The position numbers and the translations under genes were made by a program. The notes below the pieces were generated by a model, which saw only the letters and a program-made list of their open reading frames with translations, made no database searches and was not told the DNA's origin. Below are positions 39,596-49,514 of a stretch of DNA of 64,000 bases, piece by piece (within the stretch, counting starts at the first letter, position 1; every line of letters begins with the position of its first letter). Source of the stretch: Nitrosopumilus sp. (lineage in GTDB: Archaea > Thermoproteota > Nitrososphaeria > Nitrososphaerales > Nitrosopumilaceae); NCBI GenBank assembly GCA_965214775.1, contig OZ243974.1, positions 2,624,001-2,688,000 of the forward strand. Reading direction: 5' to 3'.

Positions 39596-41408
39596 GCAAG
39601 ATTTGAATCTCGTTTTGTGATGAGGCACGCTTCATCAATGCCTTGGCAGTGCTTGAGCGCTTTGAAATCTTGATTTGGCCCTTCTTTCCAATTCTGACTG
39701 ATGCGACATATTTGTCATGGACATAGATATCGGCATGCATTGAGGTGTACTCCCTGCTTACAGTTAGAATTAGCGAGGTCTTGGATTCTGAGAAGGTAAA
39801 CGGCAGATCGTTTGTGATTCCAGATGATTCATGACGGTCTTTTGGGACAACATCAATGTGAACTTTGAGTGATTTCTCAATTTCGTTAATGTTTGAGCCG
39901 CCTCTTCCAATAATGGATGGAATGCATTGTTCGTCAACCATTACTTTGACACGATTCTCTGATTGAATTTCAACTTGGGCCTGTGGGTCATATCGTTTGA
40001 AGGTCTCACGAACTTTGTCCTCTGCAAGCTTCTCAATGCCGATCTTCTCAGTCTTTTTGCCTACTGGAACTATTACGTTTTCCTCTCCAAAGGTGTAGAT
40101 TTCGTGCTCTAGTGTATTGTCCTCAAAATTTCTGATTTCTATTACAGGACGTGCAAGATCTGACTCGGTCATCCCGGAAGGAACCTTGACTTTTAATTCC
40201 AAGTCATACACTTTTTCTATTTTTCCGTTCTTGACAAAGACTACGGTATCCAAAACGTTTGGGATGATTCCCAGCTCTATCTTTCCAATAAATCTTTGAA
40301 TTGCATCAAGCGGAGAGTTTGCATGGACTACTCCCACCATTCCGACTCCGGTGAGTCGAAGATCAGCAAATGTTACAAAATCCTCCCTTCTTCGGACTTC
40401 ATCAAAGACGGTATAATCTGGCCTGACAAGCAGCAAAATGTCTGCAGTGTTGTCAAAACTTCCGTCAAGTTTGCTGTACTGTGTAATTCCGGAATCCACC
40501 TGCAGGTCTCTTGGGGACTCGAATGTTTTTACAATTTTACCTTGACTGTGGTAAAAATTTGCAAGGCCGGAGGCCAGCGTGCTTTTTCCTGAACCGGGAG
40601 AACCCGAAATTACAATTCCTTCTGCCCTGTCAGAAAATCTTTTCATCAGTTCTTCAGATACCTTATAGTCACTTAGATCTAATTTCGCTATTGGATGCAC
40701 TATTGTTATCTCAAAGGATTCTGAAAATGGAGGATGGGTGATTGCAATTCGATAGTCACCGTGCTGAATTACAGATGCGCCTGTTTGTGAAACCTCTATG
40801 GTGTTGTCATCTGAGGCATTTACGGCATTCAGGATTTGAGATGAGATCATTTCCAGATAATTACGAGTCAGGATTTCATCAGACAATACGGCAAGAGTAA
40901 AGGTTCCAGGCATGCCTTTCTTGCCCAGGGGCTGCTGGTTCTCCTTTAGATGAACGCTCATGGTTTCAGAATCAAAGAACTTTAGGAACTCCAGATCCTC
41001 CCTTTTGATCTCAGGTTTCAGATATACGGTGCCAACCCCCTCTGCCTGCGCAACCAGATGCTGCACATTGTCAGAAGTGTACAGAATTGCTTCGTTTTGT
41101 TTTGCGAGATCGGTGATAATTGCGTCAATTCTTCCCTTGTGGGCATATTCAATGTCGTCATTTGACGGGTGTGTGCCCGACATGGACACTGTCAGGCCGA
41201 ATTCTTGGGAGATCCTTTTCAAAGTCTTGATTTTCTCCAAGCCGACGAACCCTTGCTCCTTTTTTGTGGATGCCTGGGATTGCAGCTCATCAAAAACAGC
41301 CTGAGGGATGATAATCTCTGAATTCCTAACGGCTCCAGACTCAATTTGTGAGATTAGCTGTCCGTTAATGATCACGCTAGTATCAGCTACAATTTTAGAC
41401 AAATTCAC
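39582..41408 (-). CDS. PIN-ATPase-KH protein (PINA-like)
   Basis: VADTSVII PIN; GSPGSGKST; VRPDYTVFDEVR; IIGRGG KH. Confidence 0.93.
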   Translation of the reverse strand: MNLSKIVADTSVIINGQLISQIESGAVRNSEIIIPQAVFDELQSQASTKKEQGFVGLEKIKTLKRISQEFGLTVSMSGTHPSNDDIEYAHKGRIDAIITDLAKQNEAILYTSDNVQHLVAQAEGVGTVYLKPEIKREDLEFLKFFDSETMSVHLKENQQPLGKKGMPGTFTLAVLSDEILTRNYLEMISSQILNAVNASDDNTIEVSQTGASVIQHGDYRIAITHPPFSESFEITIVHPIAKLDLSDYKVSEELMKRFSDRAEGIVISGSPGSGKSTLASGLANFYHSQGKIVKTFESPRDLQVDSGITQYSKLDGSFDNTADILLLVRPDYTVFDEVRRREDFVTFADLRLTGVGMVGVVHANSPLDAIQRFIGKIELGIIPNVLDTVVFVKNGKIEKVYDLELKVKVPSGMTESDLARPVIEIRNFEDNTLEHEIYTFGEENVIVPVGKKTEKIGIEKLAEDKVRETFKRYDPQAQVEIQSENRVKVMVDEQCIPSIIGRGGSNINEIEKSLKVHIDVVPKDRHESSGITNDLPFTFSESKTSLILTVSREYTSMHADIYVHDKYVASVRIGKKGQIKISKRSSTAKALMKRASSQNEIQILLKDF

Positions 41409-41501
41409 TGTAAAGTCAGAAACACGCCCTAATTACCTTTCTAAAAACAACAGAAATTGTGACTGATCGGGCTGCCTTTACGCTTAACTCCAAAAGATCC
41501 C

Positions 41502-41717
41502 AGAGATAATCCGAGATTAGAGACCGTGCGAATTTTTCAAGTAATTTCAGATAGTCTGTATTTTGTTGATATTTTGAGTTGTTTTATACAAATTTATTTA
41601 CAAATATAGCAACGAGCAGAAATAATTGAGGTTTTTTACGTGTAGTTATGACCTACTTTGACTCAAAGACTTCTGCCCGTTGCTATAATCAGAGTCTGCT
41701 AATTTCGAATCAACTCT
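41502..41717. mobile_element. ~135-bp IS5-derived MITE with nested 83-bp IS630 MITE (41605-41687)
   Basis: Matches uninterrupted copy at 48842-48978; comparison shows TA duplication at the nested insertion. Confidence 0.88.
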
Positions 41718-41805
41718 GCCCCCAAGGCAGGCAGGCAGTCCAACAGGAGTGTGCGGATGCTCTGCTTAAAGAAAACAGACTCTCAGAACTAAAATTTCTC
41801 ACCCT

Positions 41806-41973
41806 ATGAGAAAAATGGGATCTTTGAGAAGATATGATGCCATGCAGCAAAAAAATGAAGATTTTTACCAAAACTGCTCAAAATATTTTGAATTTTTGAG
41901 GAAAAAAGGCGCTACTGACCGTGATTTTGAGGATGAATACTATTTCACAATGCCTGCAATCTCAAGCCACTGA
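41806..41973 (+). CDS. Small hypothetical protein (55 aa, below cutoff)
   Basis: MRKMGSLRRYDAMQQKNEDFYQNCSKYFEFLRKKGATDRDFEDEYYFTMPAISSH. Confidence 0.55.
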   Translation: MRKMGSLRRYDAMQQKNEDFYQNCSKYFEFLRKKGATDRDFEDEYYFTMPAISSH

Positions 41974-42045
41974 CTGCCAAAGAGATAATCCAAAATTAGA
42001 AGCCGTACGAATTTTTCAAGTAATTTCACATATCTTGTATTGTAA

Positions 42046-42506
42046 GAGACGTTATATCAAATCTTATCCGTAGCGGACGCCATATTATCCGTGTTGGGCC
42101 CAAGAGCCGAAGTAAACTTGCCACACATGAGGGCGCGTAAGAGACAGGCTCAGAGTAGACGGACGACGAAATGCCACATAATCGAGGGCGAATGGGAGTT
42201 TTCCGTTCAGTTGGGCACACACACTTTGATCGTAACCATATGTGTCTCAAAAACAAAATTCAGATGGTACCAAGATAAAAGGCAATGCAAACAGACAGAT
42301 TAGCGCAAAAAAAAGGATATGTGTGAAATCAAAGGCGGAGCAGCAGTATGTCGGCCTGGACGTGCACAAGGAGTCCATCCAGGTCGCGGTGATGGACAAG
42401 GACGGCAAGGTCCTGGGGAATACAAAAATAAGCAACAGGAACAGCGAGATAAGAGAGATGTTTGCAAAGATTCCGGATAACACCAGGTGCGTCATGGAGT
42501 CCTCGT
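42046..42506 (+). mobile_element. IS110 family element B, left end plus truncated recombinase (42242-42506)
   Basis: YVGLDVHKESIQVAVMDKDG...CVMESS; left end homologous to element A. Confidence 0.88.
42055..42230 (+). ncRNA. Putative IS110 bridge RNA (element B)
   Basis: Same scaffold as element A with compensatory stem GAGCC/GGCTC; loop segment GTAAGAGAC equals own junction 42042-42050. Confidence 0.8.
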
Positions 42507-43234
42507 ATGCTAAAGAAATAGATGGCCTTCAGTCAGTGCATAGTGGACATGCGTGTGAAATGAACGTCATCATCATCATTATTATTGTCATTACAGTTAG
42601 AACTTTAATCTGCGTTGATGTAGTTGAGGGAGATCCTCGTTTAGTAACTGCAGAACGGTTCTGACAAATGGATGAAGAATGGTACTGAGGGAGATCCTCG
42701 TATAGATAAGTGTCCGACCTTCATTTTGTGATTGTCAGGAAGAGACCCCCAGCCAAAGCCATACTTCACAACACCGTTACGCGTGGAATCCTTATAAGCA
42801 CGACACATAGATACAACATCAGGTTCTTTTTATACTGACAAGCCAACTTTTCTGGGCAACATCTTATGATCAGATGCCACTGCAGACATGGCTGAGCATC
42901 AGATATTTGTGACCAGTCATTGCAGGATTGGAATTTGCTGGGGTGATCCATTATCGGCATCCTAGTCAAAGAATTTCGATGGAAATCTTTTTTGATCTTG
43001 CCTGTTTGATGTAACACATGGACTCCAAATCTACGCCTGCACACCATATGGATCCTGCAAAGGCATTTGTCATGATCAAGGAGCGGGATGAGAAGATCTC
43101 CGAGCTGGAAAAGGAGAACTCCGACATCAAAAAGGAGAACTCCGAGCTCCGGGCAAAGCTTGCCCTGTATGAGAGTCCCAACATGCCCACGTCCACGCCG
43201 TCATTGTACAATAACGCCAGAAGAAAGTTCAGGG

Positions 43235-43327
43235 GTATGAGGTCACGTCCCCTTACTGGCTAGGCATGGAAATCATAATTGTGTATACTAATTCGTGCCT
43301 GATTGGTGGGGATAGGTGACCACATAC
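43235..43327. mobile_element. 93-bp IS66-type MITE
   Basis: GTATGAGGTCAC...GTGACCACATAC; 8-bp TSD GTTCAGGG. Confidence 0.9.
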
Positions 43328-43942
43328 GTTCAGGGAGAAAAGGGGCGAGGATCCCGGAGACAGTCCCGGTGATGCTGCTCGGGGCAAGAAACGCGGCCCT
43401 CCGTGCGGACACCATGGTACATCGCACGGCAACCGGCCATCCATGACATTAAGGTACGATCTTGATTTCAAAATATGCCCAAAGTGCAACATCCAGTTAC
43501 GGATGCTCAAGCCGATCCACAAGCTTGTAAACGACCTGGATGACTCCATGCGCATGCTCACTGCCAATGCCATCATCCAAAACGCGGTGTGTCCACAGTG
43601 CAATACCGTGCATGTAGCGGCCACCCCGTTTCTAAGCGGCACGTCACTTGGGCCCGTCTCACTCTCTCTAATCATGATGTTCTTTGAGAAGGGAAACACC
43701 GACGAGGGCATTGCAGAGTACTTTCAGTATATGTTTGGATTCAAGATGGCCCCAAATACCGTGACTGCCGCCCGGCACGCAGTGGCAGAGGCGATTCAAC
43801 AAAACATGATACAACGCATACAGACATTCATTGCGAGTCGGCCGTGGATACAGATGGACGAGACCGGCTTTAAGCGCGGCGACGGACACATGGGGTACGT
43901 CTGGGTGCTCAACTGTGAGGGGGCGTGCTTTGTGGTATTTGC

Positions 43943-44071
43943 GGGGTTGTCGCCTAATTCCACTTGTTTGACTCAACCTGCACGTTTTTCTGAATTTCCG
44001 CCCTTTTGCACGCCTGATCCACTGGCATCACAGCGGTTTTCAGGAATTCTGGCGAATTAGGCGACAACCCC
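43943..44071. mobile_element. 129-bp GGGGTTGTC-type MITE
   Basis: Perfect 18-bp TIR; 9-bp TSD GGTATTTGC. Confidence 0.93.
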
Positions 44072-44335
44072 GGTATTTGCAGATTCCCGGTCCTCTGAGG
44101 TACTGCACACGCACTTTGGATGGCTGGATCCCAGGACTCCCATAGTCATAGACGGGCTGGCCCAGTACAAGATGTTCTTTGAGATAATCCAGAGGTGCTG
44201 GAGGCACCTTCTGGCATATGCAGAAAAGCTTGCAGTAAAGATGCCCGAAGGCGATAACGAGAAAAGGTACGACTTGCTGCTGGAATTTTACAGGAAGGTA
44301 AAAAAGATCAAGACGCTTGCGCCGCTTACATACAT

Positions 44336-44458
44336 CAGTACTTCCTAGGTGTACTTTTACAGGCACAGTAATTACGTAATTTGGAGAAGATCTTATGCGT
44401 AAACGAAGTTAGCGGCTATGGCGTGCCGGGTCTGCAAAAGCACATCTAGGAAGTACTG
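44336..44458. mobile_element. 123-bp MITE with CAGTAC ends
   Basis: 27-bp TIR (24/27) CAGTACTTCCTAG.TGT.CTTTT.CAG; 4-bp TSD ACAT. Confidence 0.9.
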
Positions 44459-45277
44459 ACATGGAGCTTTCAAGGGAGGCATACAAAATAATCATTACAT
44501 ATGAGGACAATCACGTGCGCACACACATGCAAAACGCCATACCCAACATGTTTACGTGTCTGGCGCATCGGGAAATGCCACTGCACAACAACGGTACGGA
44601 GCGGTGCATACGCGACGGGATCATACCCCAGCGCAATGCGCGCCACAAGATCGTAACTGACGGTGGAAGAAAGACGGCTTCTGCGCTGCTGACATTTTCG
44701 ATGACATGCCGCAAGCAAAACATACATCCTGCCGGCGGACTCTTGGAATACCTGCGGAATCCGGGCTGGGATATCTTTGCAGAAGCAGGAGATGATAATG
44801 ATGATGCACGCCTGCTGTCCTCGCTTGTCAATACGGACGGTACCAGATACAGTGTCTTTGAGTGTCCCGGACCACCGCCGGCGTGGCCGCCTGTAGTCGC
44901 AGATGATGACGCAGGCAGAAGAGGAGGAGCGGTACGCCGGGACCGGACGGCCGTCGTACCAGTAGCAGCAGCTCCGATAGTAACAACATGATCCGTCTGG
45001 CGCCTACGGGACGGCATAACCCGCAGCTTCATATCCGAAGATCTGACCGTGTAGGCAAGTCTGCCAATTGACAACGCCTTGCAAGTGTAACAATTTCTGA
45101 CTGCATGGCAAGTGCCGTATGCCAATCTGTTGTATGCACGGCGTCAGTCAGTCTTGCATGTACAAAGGATGTGTCAGTAACAGTGTATCTAGTCTGTCAC
45201 AACAGATGATGCGAAATGATCAAAAAGTTCTTGGAAAAAAGTTGGCTTGTCAGTATAAAAAGGACCTGATGTTGTAC

Positions 45278-45374
45278 TGTCCGTTTCTTTTGCCATGCCA
45301 TTGCGCCGGTTAGGCGATCCATATACTTTTCGAATGATCCCGTTTTGGCTCAAAGACTTCTGATCATTGCTATA
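45278..45374 (-). mobile_element. Left-end remnant of the IS630 family at 45545
   Basis: Aligns to ~46557-46654. Confidence 0.8.
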
Positions 45375-45544
45375 CGCATAAGGTCTAGTATAGATTATCT
45401 GATTGTGTTTTGTAATTCAGGAAATATGTCGGCGTACATCATAGTGTATTTGTTACCATCTTCAGTTATTTCTGCCTCTTGAAAGTCATGTTGCAGATAG
45501 AACTCTTTTGCCTCTTTTGTAAATAATACAATGTATCTGCATCC

Positions 45545-46654
45545 TATAGCAACGGTCACAAGTAATTGAGGGCTTTGACCGGCGATCTGTAAATGTACTT
45601 GTACATGCTAAGGTGGGCAAACGACACCGTCCTATAATATTCGGATATGGCATGTCGTAGCTCGCTGATTTTCCTGTACACTATCCCCCTGAAAACAAAA
45701 TGCTTGCCCAGGTTCCAGCATTCTTCCACGATATTGAGGTACGGCGATCCTTTCGGGAGCATTATCAGCCTGACGTCGGGATGGTCGGCCAGATATTTTG
45801 CGACATCAGTAGATCTGTGCACACTCCACCTGTCGCAAAAGACGGCAACCTTACCAAACTTGGCGCGCAGCGCCTCCAGACATTCTATGAACTGCACCGA
45901 CGTAAAGGATCCCGTAAACGTCCTGAACAGCCTTCTGCCGTCTTCTGCGATGCTTCCAAACACGGCCACCTTTGTGTGGTCTCCAGAGTACGATGCCACG
46001 CTTCTGGTGCCGACCGGACCCCACACGTATCTGTCATATGCGCCCTGCACGAAGAACGCCTCATCAGATGACACCAGCGTAAAACCGTCGTTTTTCAGGC
46101 ACGGAATACGCACGTTTTCAAGATACCACTGCCACGAGTATACCGAGCTTGGGGTGGCATGGTTGACATGTATGTTTTGCACCTTGCGGCGCGACAGGCC
46201 ATGCTGGCGCATCATTCTCCGGACATGCTCTATGCTGTATTCTGTCCCGGTGGCATCCCTTATGTCATCGCGTACCGTCATGACATCGGTACTTTTGCAT
46301 GCAGTAGACAGATCCATTATGGCTGCAATACTTTTCCTGTCCACCTTTGGCCTGCATCCGGAACGGGGAAGATCCCGGAGACCGTCTATGCCGCCCTCCG
46401 AAAACCTCGCCAGCCAGTTGCGCACGGAATTCTCACTGCACCGGATCTTTCTTGCAGTCTCGGGTACGCCCATGTCGTCTTCTAGCACAAACATCAGCGC
46501 CATGATCTTCTTGTAGACTTTGGCATCCTTTTCTTTGCGCATGGCCTCTGACAGGATGTCTGTTTCTTTTGCCATACATACTGCGCCAGTTACGTGATCA
46601 TTATACTTTTCGAATGACCTTGTTTTGGCTCAAAGACTTATGCTCGTTGCTATA
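45545..46654 (-). mobile_element. IS630 family element; transposase 45556-46575 intact
   Basis: TATAGCAACG TIR with TA TSD; SDEAFF, DRWSVH, PKGSPYLNIVE. Confidence 0.93.
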
Positions 46655-46837
46655 TCTGTTTGGCAATTTGTCTTGCCAATCCACTACACCACAATAAAAC
46701 ATATTCGCCAAAACCACACCTTCTTGATGGCTTATCTATGCAAAATTCTTGAATGATCATTGCTGGAAAAAATGAACCATCTCTGCTTCTGGGTCTTGCT
46801 TTTTTAAATATATGATTTTTGTGTATGCTTGATGTCG

Positions 46838-47989
46838 TGTGGGATCCAGAAAGTAGTTCGCCCCCCCTTATTTGACATCATACTCCTCTCCTGTCTGCCC
46901 GTCAATAACGGTTTCCCCCTCCTTGGGCATCTTTCTGAGAAATGCCTGCGCGGGCGTCTCCTGATTGTCCCAGTCCAGCGACCTGTGGGGCCTGTCATGA
47001 TTGTACCACTGCATGAACAGGTCTATCGGGTCGCTTTTTCTCATCATGATCTCCTCGAACTCGTGCAGCTTGCGCTGGATCTCCCCGTGGAGGCGCTCGA
47101 CCTTTCCGTTGGTCTGGGGTCGTCCCACGCCTGCCAGGATCTGCCGTATTCCCAGTTCTGTCAGTTTCTTTTCAAACTCGCCTTCGCCCCTCTTTTTTGC
47201 CGTCTCTTTCTCGTTGGCATAGAACTGGCTGCCGTGGTCTGTCATGATCGAGGCCGGCTTGCCGTGCTTTTCTATTGCCGTCTCAAGCACTGCCAGGGCG
47301 TTTTTGGTCGTGGCATTATCAAAGATGCCATATCCGGTCACAAACCTGGAGGCATCGTCCTCGTAGCACAGGAACCATCTGCCGTCGTGCATTCCGCCGT
47401 GGATCTGCTTCCAGTCTGTATGCCACAGCGAGTTTGAGTGATCGCGCTCGTAGCGGACCCACCTGTACCTTGTACCCTTGCTGGGCTGCGCCTCTGCCAT
47501 CTCCTCGTCCCTCAGTATCTTGTGTATGATGCCGTGCGGGATATGGATTCCGGTCTGATTCGCTATGCGCTGCTGCAGTCCTGCAGCCCCCATGTGCTCT
47601 GCATGTCTGGCAGACATGACTGCAGAGTGCTCCCTGCGTCCGGGCAGACCGTTCTGGGGCCTTCCCATTGGCGCAGGATGCGATATTTCGCTTGCCGCAG
47701 GGCAGCCTTTGTGCCTGGCCCACAGCTTCTGGACCCACCGTACTGTCACGTCCATGGTTCCGGCTATCTGGGCGTTGGTAAGCTCGCCCTTTTTCTTTTC
47801 TTTCACTATCCATTGTACTTGGCTTTTCTCTAGCTTCATGCCGTTTGGGTGCTCAAGACTCACGTATTTACGGAGCTTTCGTCGCCAGACCCACACACCT
47901 GTACTTCCAGTGTGGGTCAGGCTTGCACATCTGCTCCTGACCGACTTTACACACTCGGAGAAGGGGTGAACTACTTTTTGGACTATACA
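46838..47989 (-). mobile_element. IS481 family element; transposase 46868-47839
   Basis: TGT...ACA ends, ~27-bp TIR; 14-bp TSD (T/G)ATGCTTGATGTCG; WHTD, DDASR, TDHGSQF, PQTNGKVER. Confidence 0.92.
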
Positions 47990-48255
47990 GATGCTTGATG
48001 TCGACAGCGTTATGTAACCAATTGGTTTTCTTTTGTACCTTATCACATATGTAGTACCGAGATGCTTTTCTTGCATGCCCACTGCATCCTTGTCTATGAA
48101 TCTTTGAAGTTTCTGAGTATCTTTGCCGTAGTCATCAGTACAATCCAGACATAGTTTATGTCTTTTCGAAAGTTGACTATAATACATCTCGTGTGGATCG
48201 ACTCTAAACCTAATACTTTCTGACAACATGTATCTTTAGAGAATTAGATCTCTAA

Positions 48256-48423
48256 TTATTTTTTTGCAGCTCGTTTTTTTGCTACTTTCTTACAGCGATC
48301 CTTGTAATATTCATCTGCTCTTTTGAAGAATTCAATCTCTTTTTTGGTAGCCTTGCGTCTCATATATTTGTCAAAGTTCTCGGCATTCTTGCCTTCCAGT
48401 ACGATTGGTTTGCTTGGAATCAT
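48256..48423 (-). CDS. 55-aa putative antitoxin of the GNAT toxin
   Basis: MIPSKPIVLEGKNAENFDKYMRRKATKKEIEFFKRADEYY...; directly upstream of the GNAT gene. Confidence 0.65.
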   Translation of the reverse strand: MIPSKPIVLEGKNAENFDKYMRRKATKKEIEFFKRADEYYKDRCKKVAKKRAAKK

Positions 48424-48830
48424 TCTTGACTTTCTCCTCTCAGGGATAGAATGTTGGCAAAACTCCTTATTAACCTAGTCTTAGGATTCCTGCTCGGATT
48501 TCTAAGATTGGCTTTATTGACAAAAACCGATCTACTTTTCCCCATTGCAAGACATACAGTTGGGAATACTATAAGCATTACCTAAACTGCTTTTGAACAC
48601 TCTATTGTACGAAAATTAGGTTGCATTAATTTGAGGAGGATTGCAAGGGATTGCTTTGGGCTTTGCCGATCAAGGAAACCGACGGTTGTAAGGCCCAGCA
48701 TACTACAGATCAGATACGCAGTAACGCAGTGTGCCGGGGGCGAAGGCCCTTTGAGGTGACACCAGAGATAGGCGGCACGGCCTTCCTTCTCGCCTTTTGT
48801 TGCACGTGCATCATAATAGGTTAGCCCCTG

Positions 48831-49089
48831 CAGTCTCCCAGAGAGGTGATCCGAAATTAGAAACCGTGCGAATTTTTCAAGTAATTTCACAGATAATCTG
48901 TATTTTGTTGGTGTTTTGAGTCGTTTTATGCAAATTCGTTCACAAATAATCAGAGTCTGCTAATTTCGAATCAACTCTCGGAAGTACCGCATCAAATCAT
49001 CCCAGGCTCGAAACAACTCAAACGGACTGCCTGCAGATCCGCATGTCATCTACTGCACCACCACGAGTCGGTTACTTCTGGGAAGACTG
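48831..49089. mobile_element. ISH3-related MITE containing nested 137-bp IS5-derived MITE (48842-48978)
   Basis: CAGTCTCCCAG [AGAGGTGATCCGAAATTAG...CTAATTTCGAATCAACTCT] ...CTGGGAAGACTG; body aligns to 21049-21132. Confidence 0.82.
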
Positions 49090-49119
49090 CCCTCCCTAGT
49101 TGATTTTTTATGACCACCT

Positions 49120-49243
49120 GATCTCCCATATGAAATCGTACCTAATCCTACCGTGGACCCTTGCCAGCGTGATGTTCCGAATCAGGACGATGTTGCTATG
49201 CGATGCATCCTCTTATACTTTCTCTGCGTGAGAGCCTTGTTCT
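49120..49243 (-). mobile_element. Solo right end of IS110 element A
   Basis: Near-identical to 9342-9465. Confidence 0.9.
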
Positions 49244-49271
49244 CATACGCTTGTATTTTGGCGGTATTTTG

Positions 49272-49401
49272 GTGGTTGTCACCTAATTCACCAAAATTCC
49301 TGAAAACCGTTGAGGTACCATATGATTCAGGCGTGTAAAAGGGCGGAAATTCAGAAAAACGTGCAGGTTGAACCAAATAAATGGAATTAGACGGCAATCC
49401 C
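49272..49401. mobile_element. 130-bp GGGGTTGTC-type MITE nested in an IS5-MITE remnant ending at 49471
   Basis: 9-bp TSD GGTATTTTG. Confidence 0.88.
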
Positions 49402-49514
49402 GGTATTTTGAGGTTGTTTTGTACAAATTCGTCCACAAATAATCCGAATCTGCTAATTTCGGATCAACTCTCAGAGGCCAGAAGATTTAGGAATGCGGCA
49501 ATCTTTCATTATTT

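Larger units (their letters stand above)
42811..45277 (+). mobile_element. IS66 copy 2, transposase (43018-44991) broken by three MITEs
   Basis: Highly similar to 14470-16572 with the same TIR; inserts at 43235, 43943, 44336. Confidence 0.92.
45395..48229 (-). pseudogene. GNAT acetyltransferase (AtaT/TacT-like toxin) split in three by IS481 and IS630
   Basis: Rejoined: ...PIGYITLSTSSI|HKN...FPAMIIQEFCIDKPSRRCGFGEYVL...KQI|GCRYIVLFTKEAKEFYLQHDF. Confidence 0.85.

Noticed and set aside
42625-42701. 16-bp direct repeat TGAGGGAGATCCTCGT, 60 bp apart
   Set aside because: Two copies only, in unassignable debris between IS110-B and IS66.
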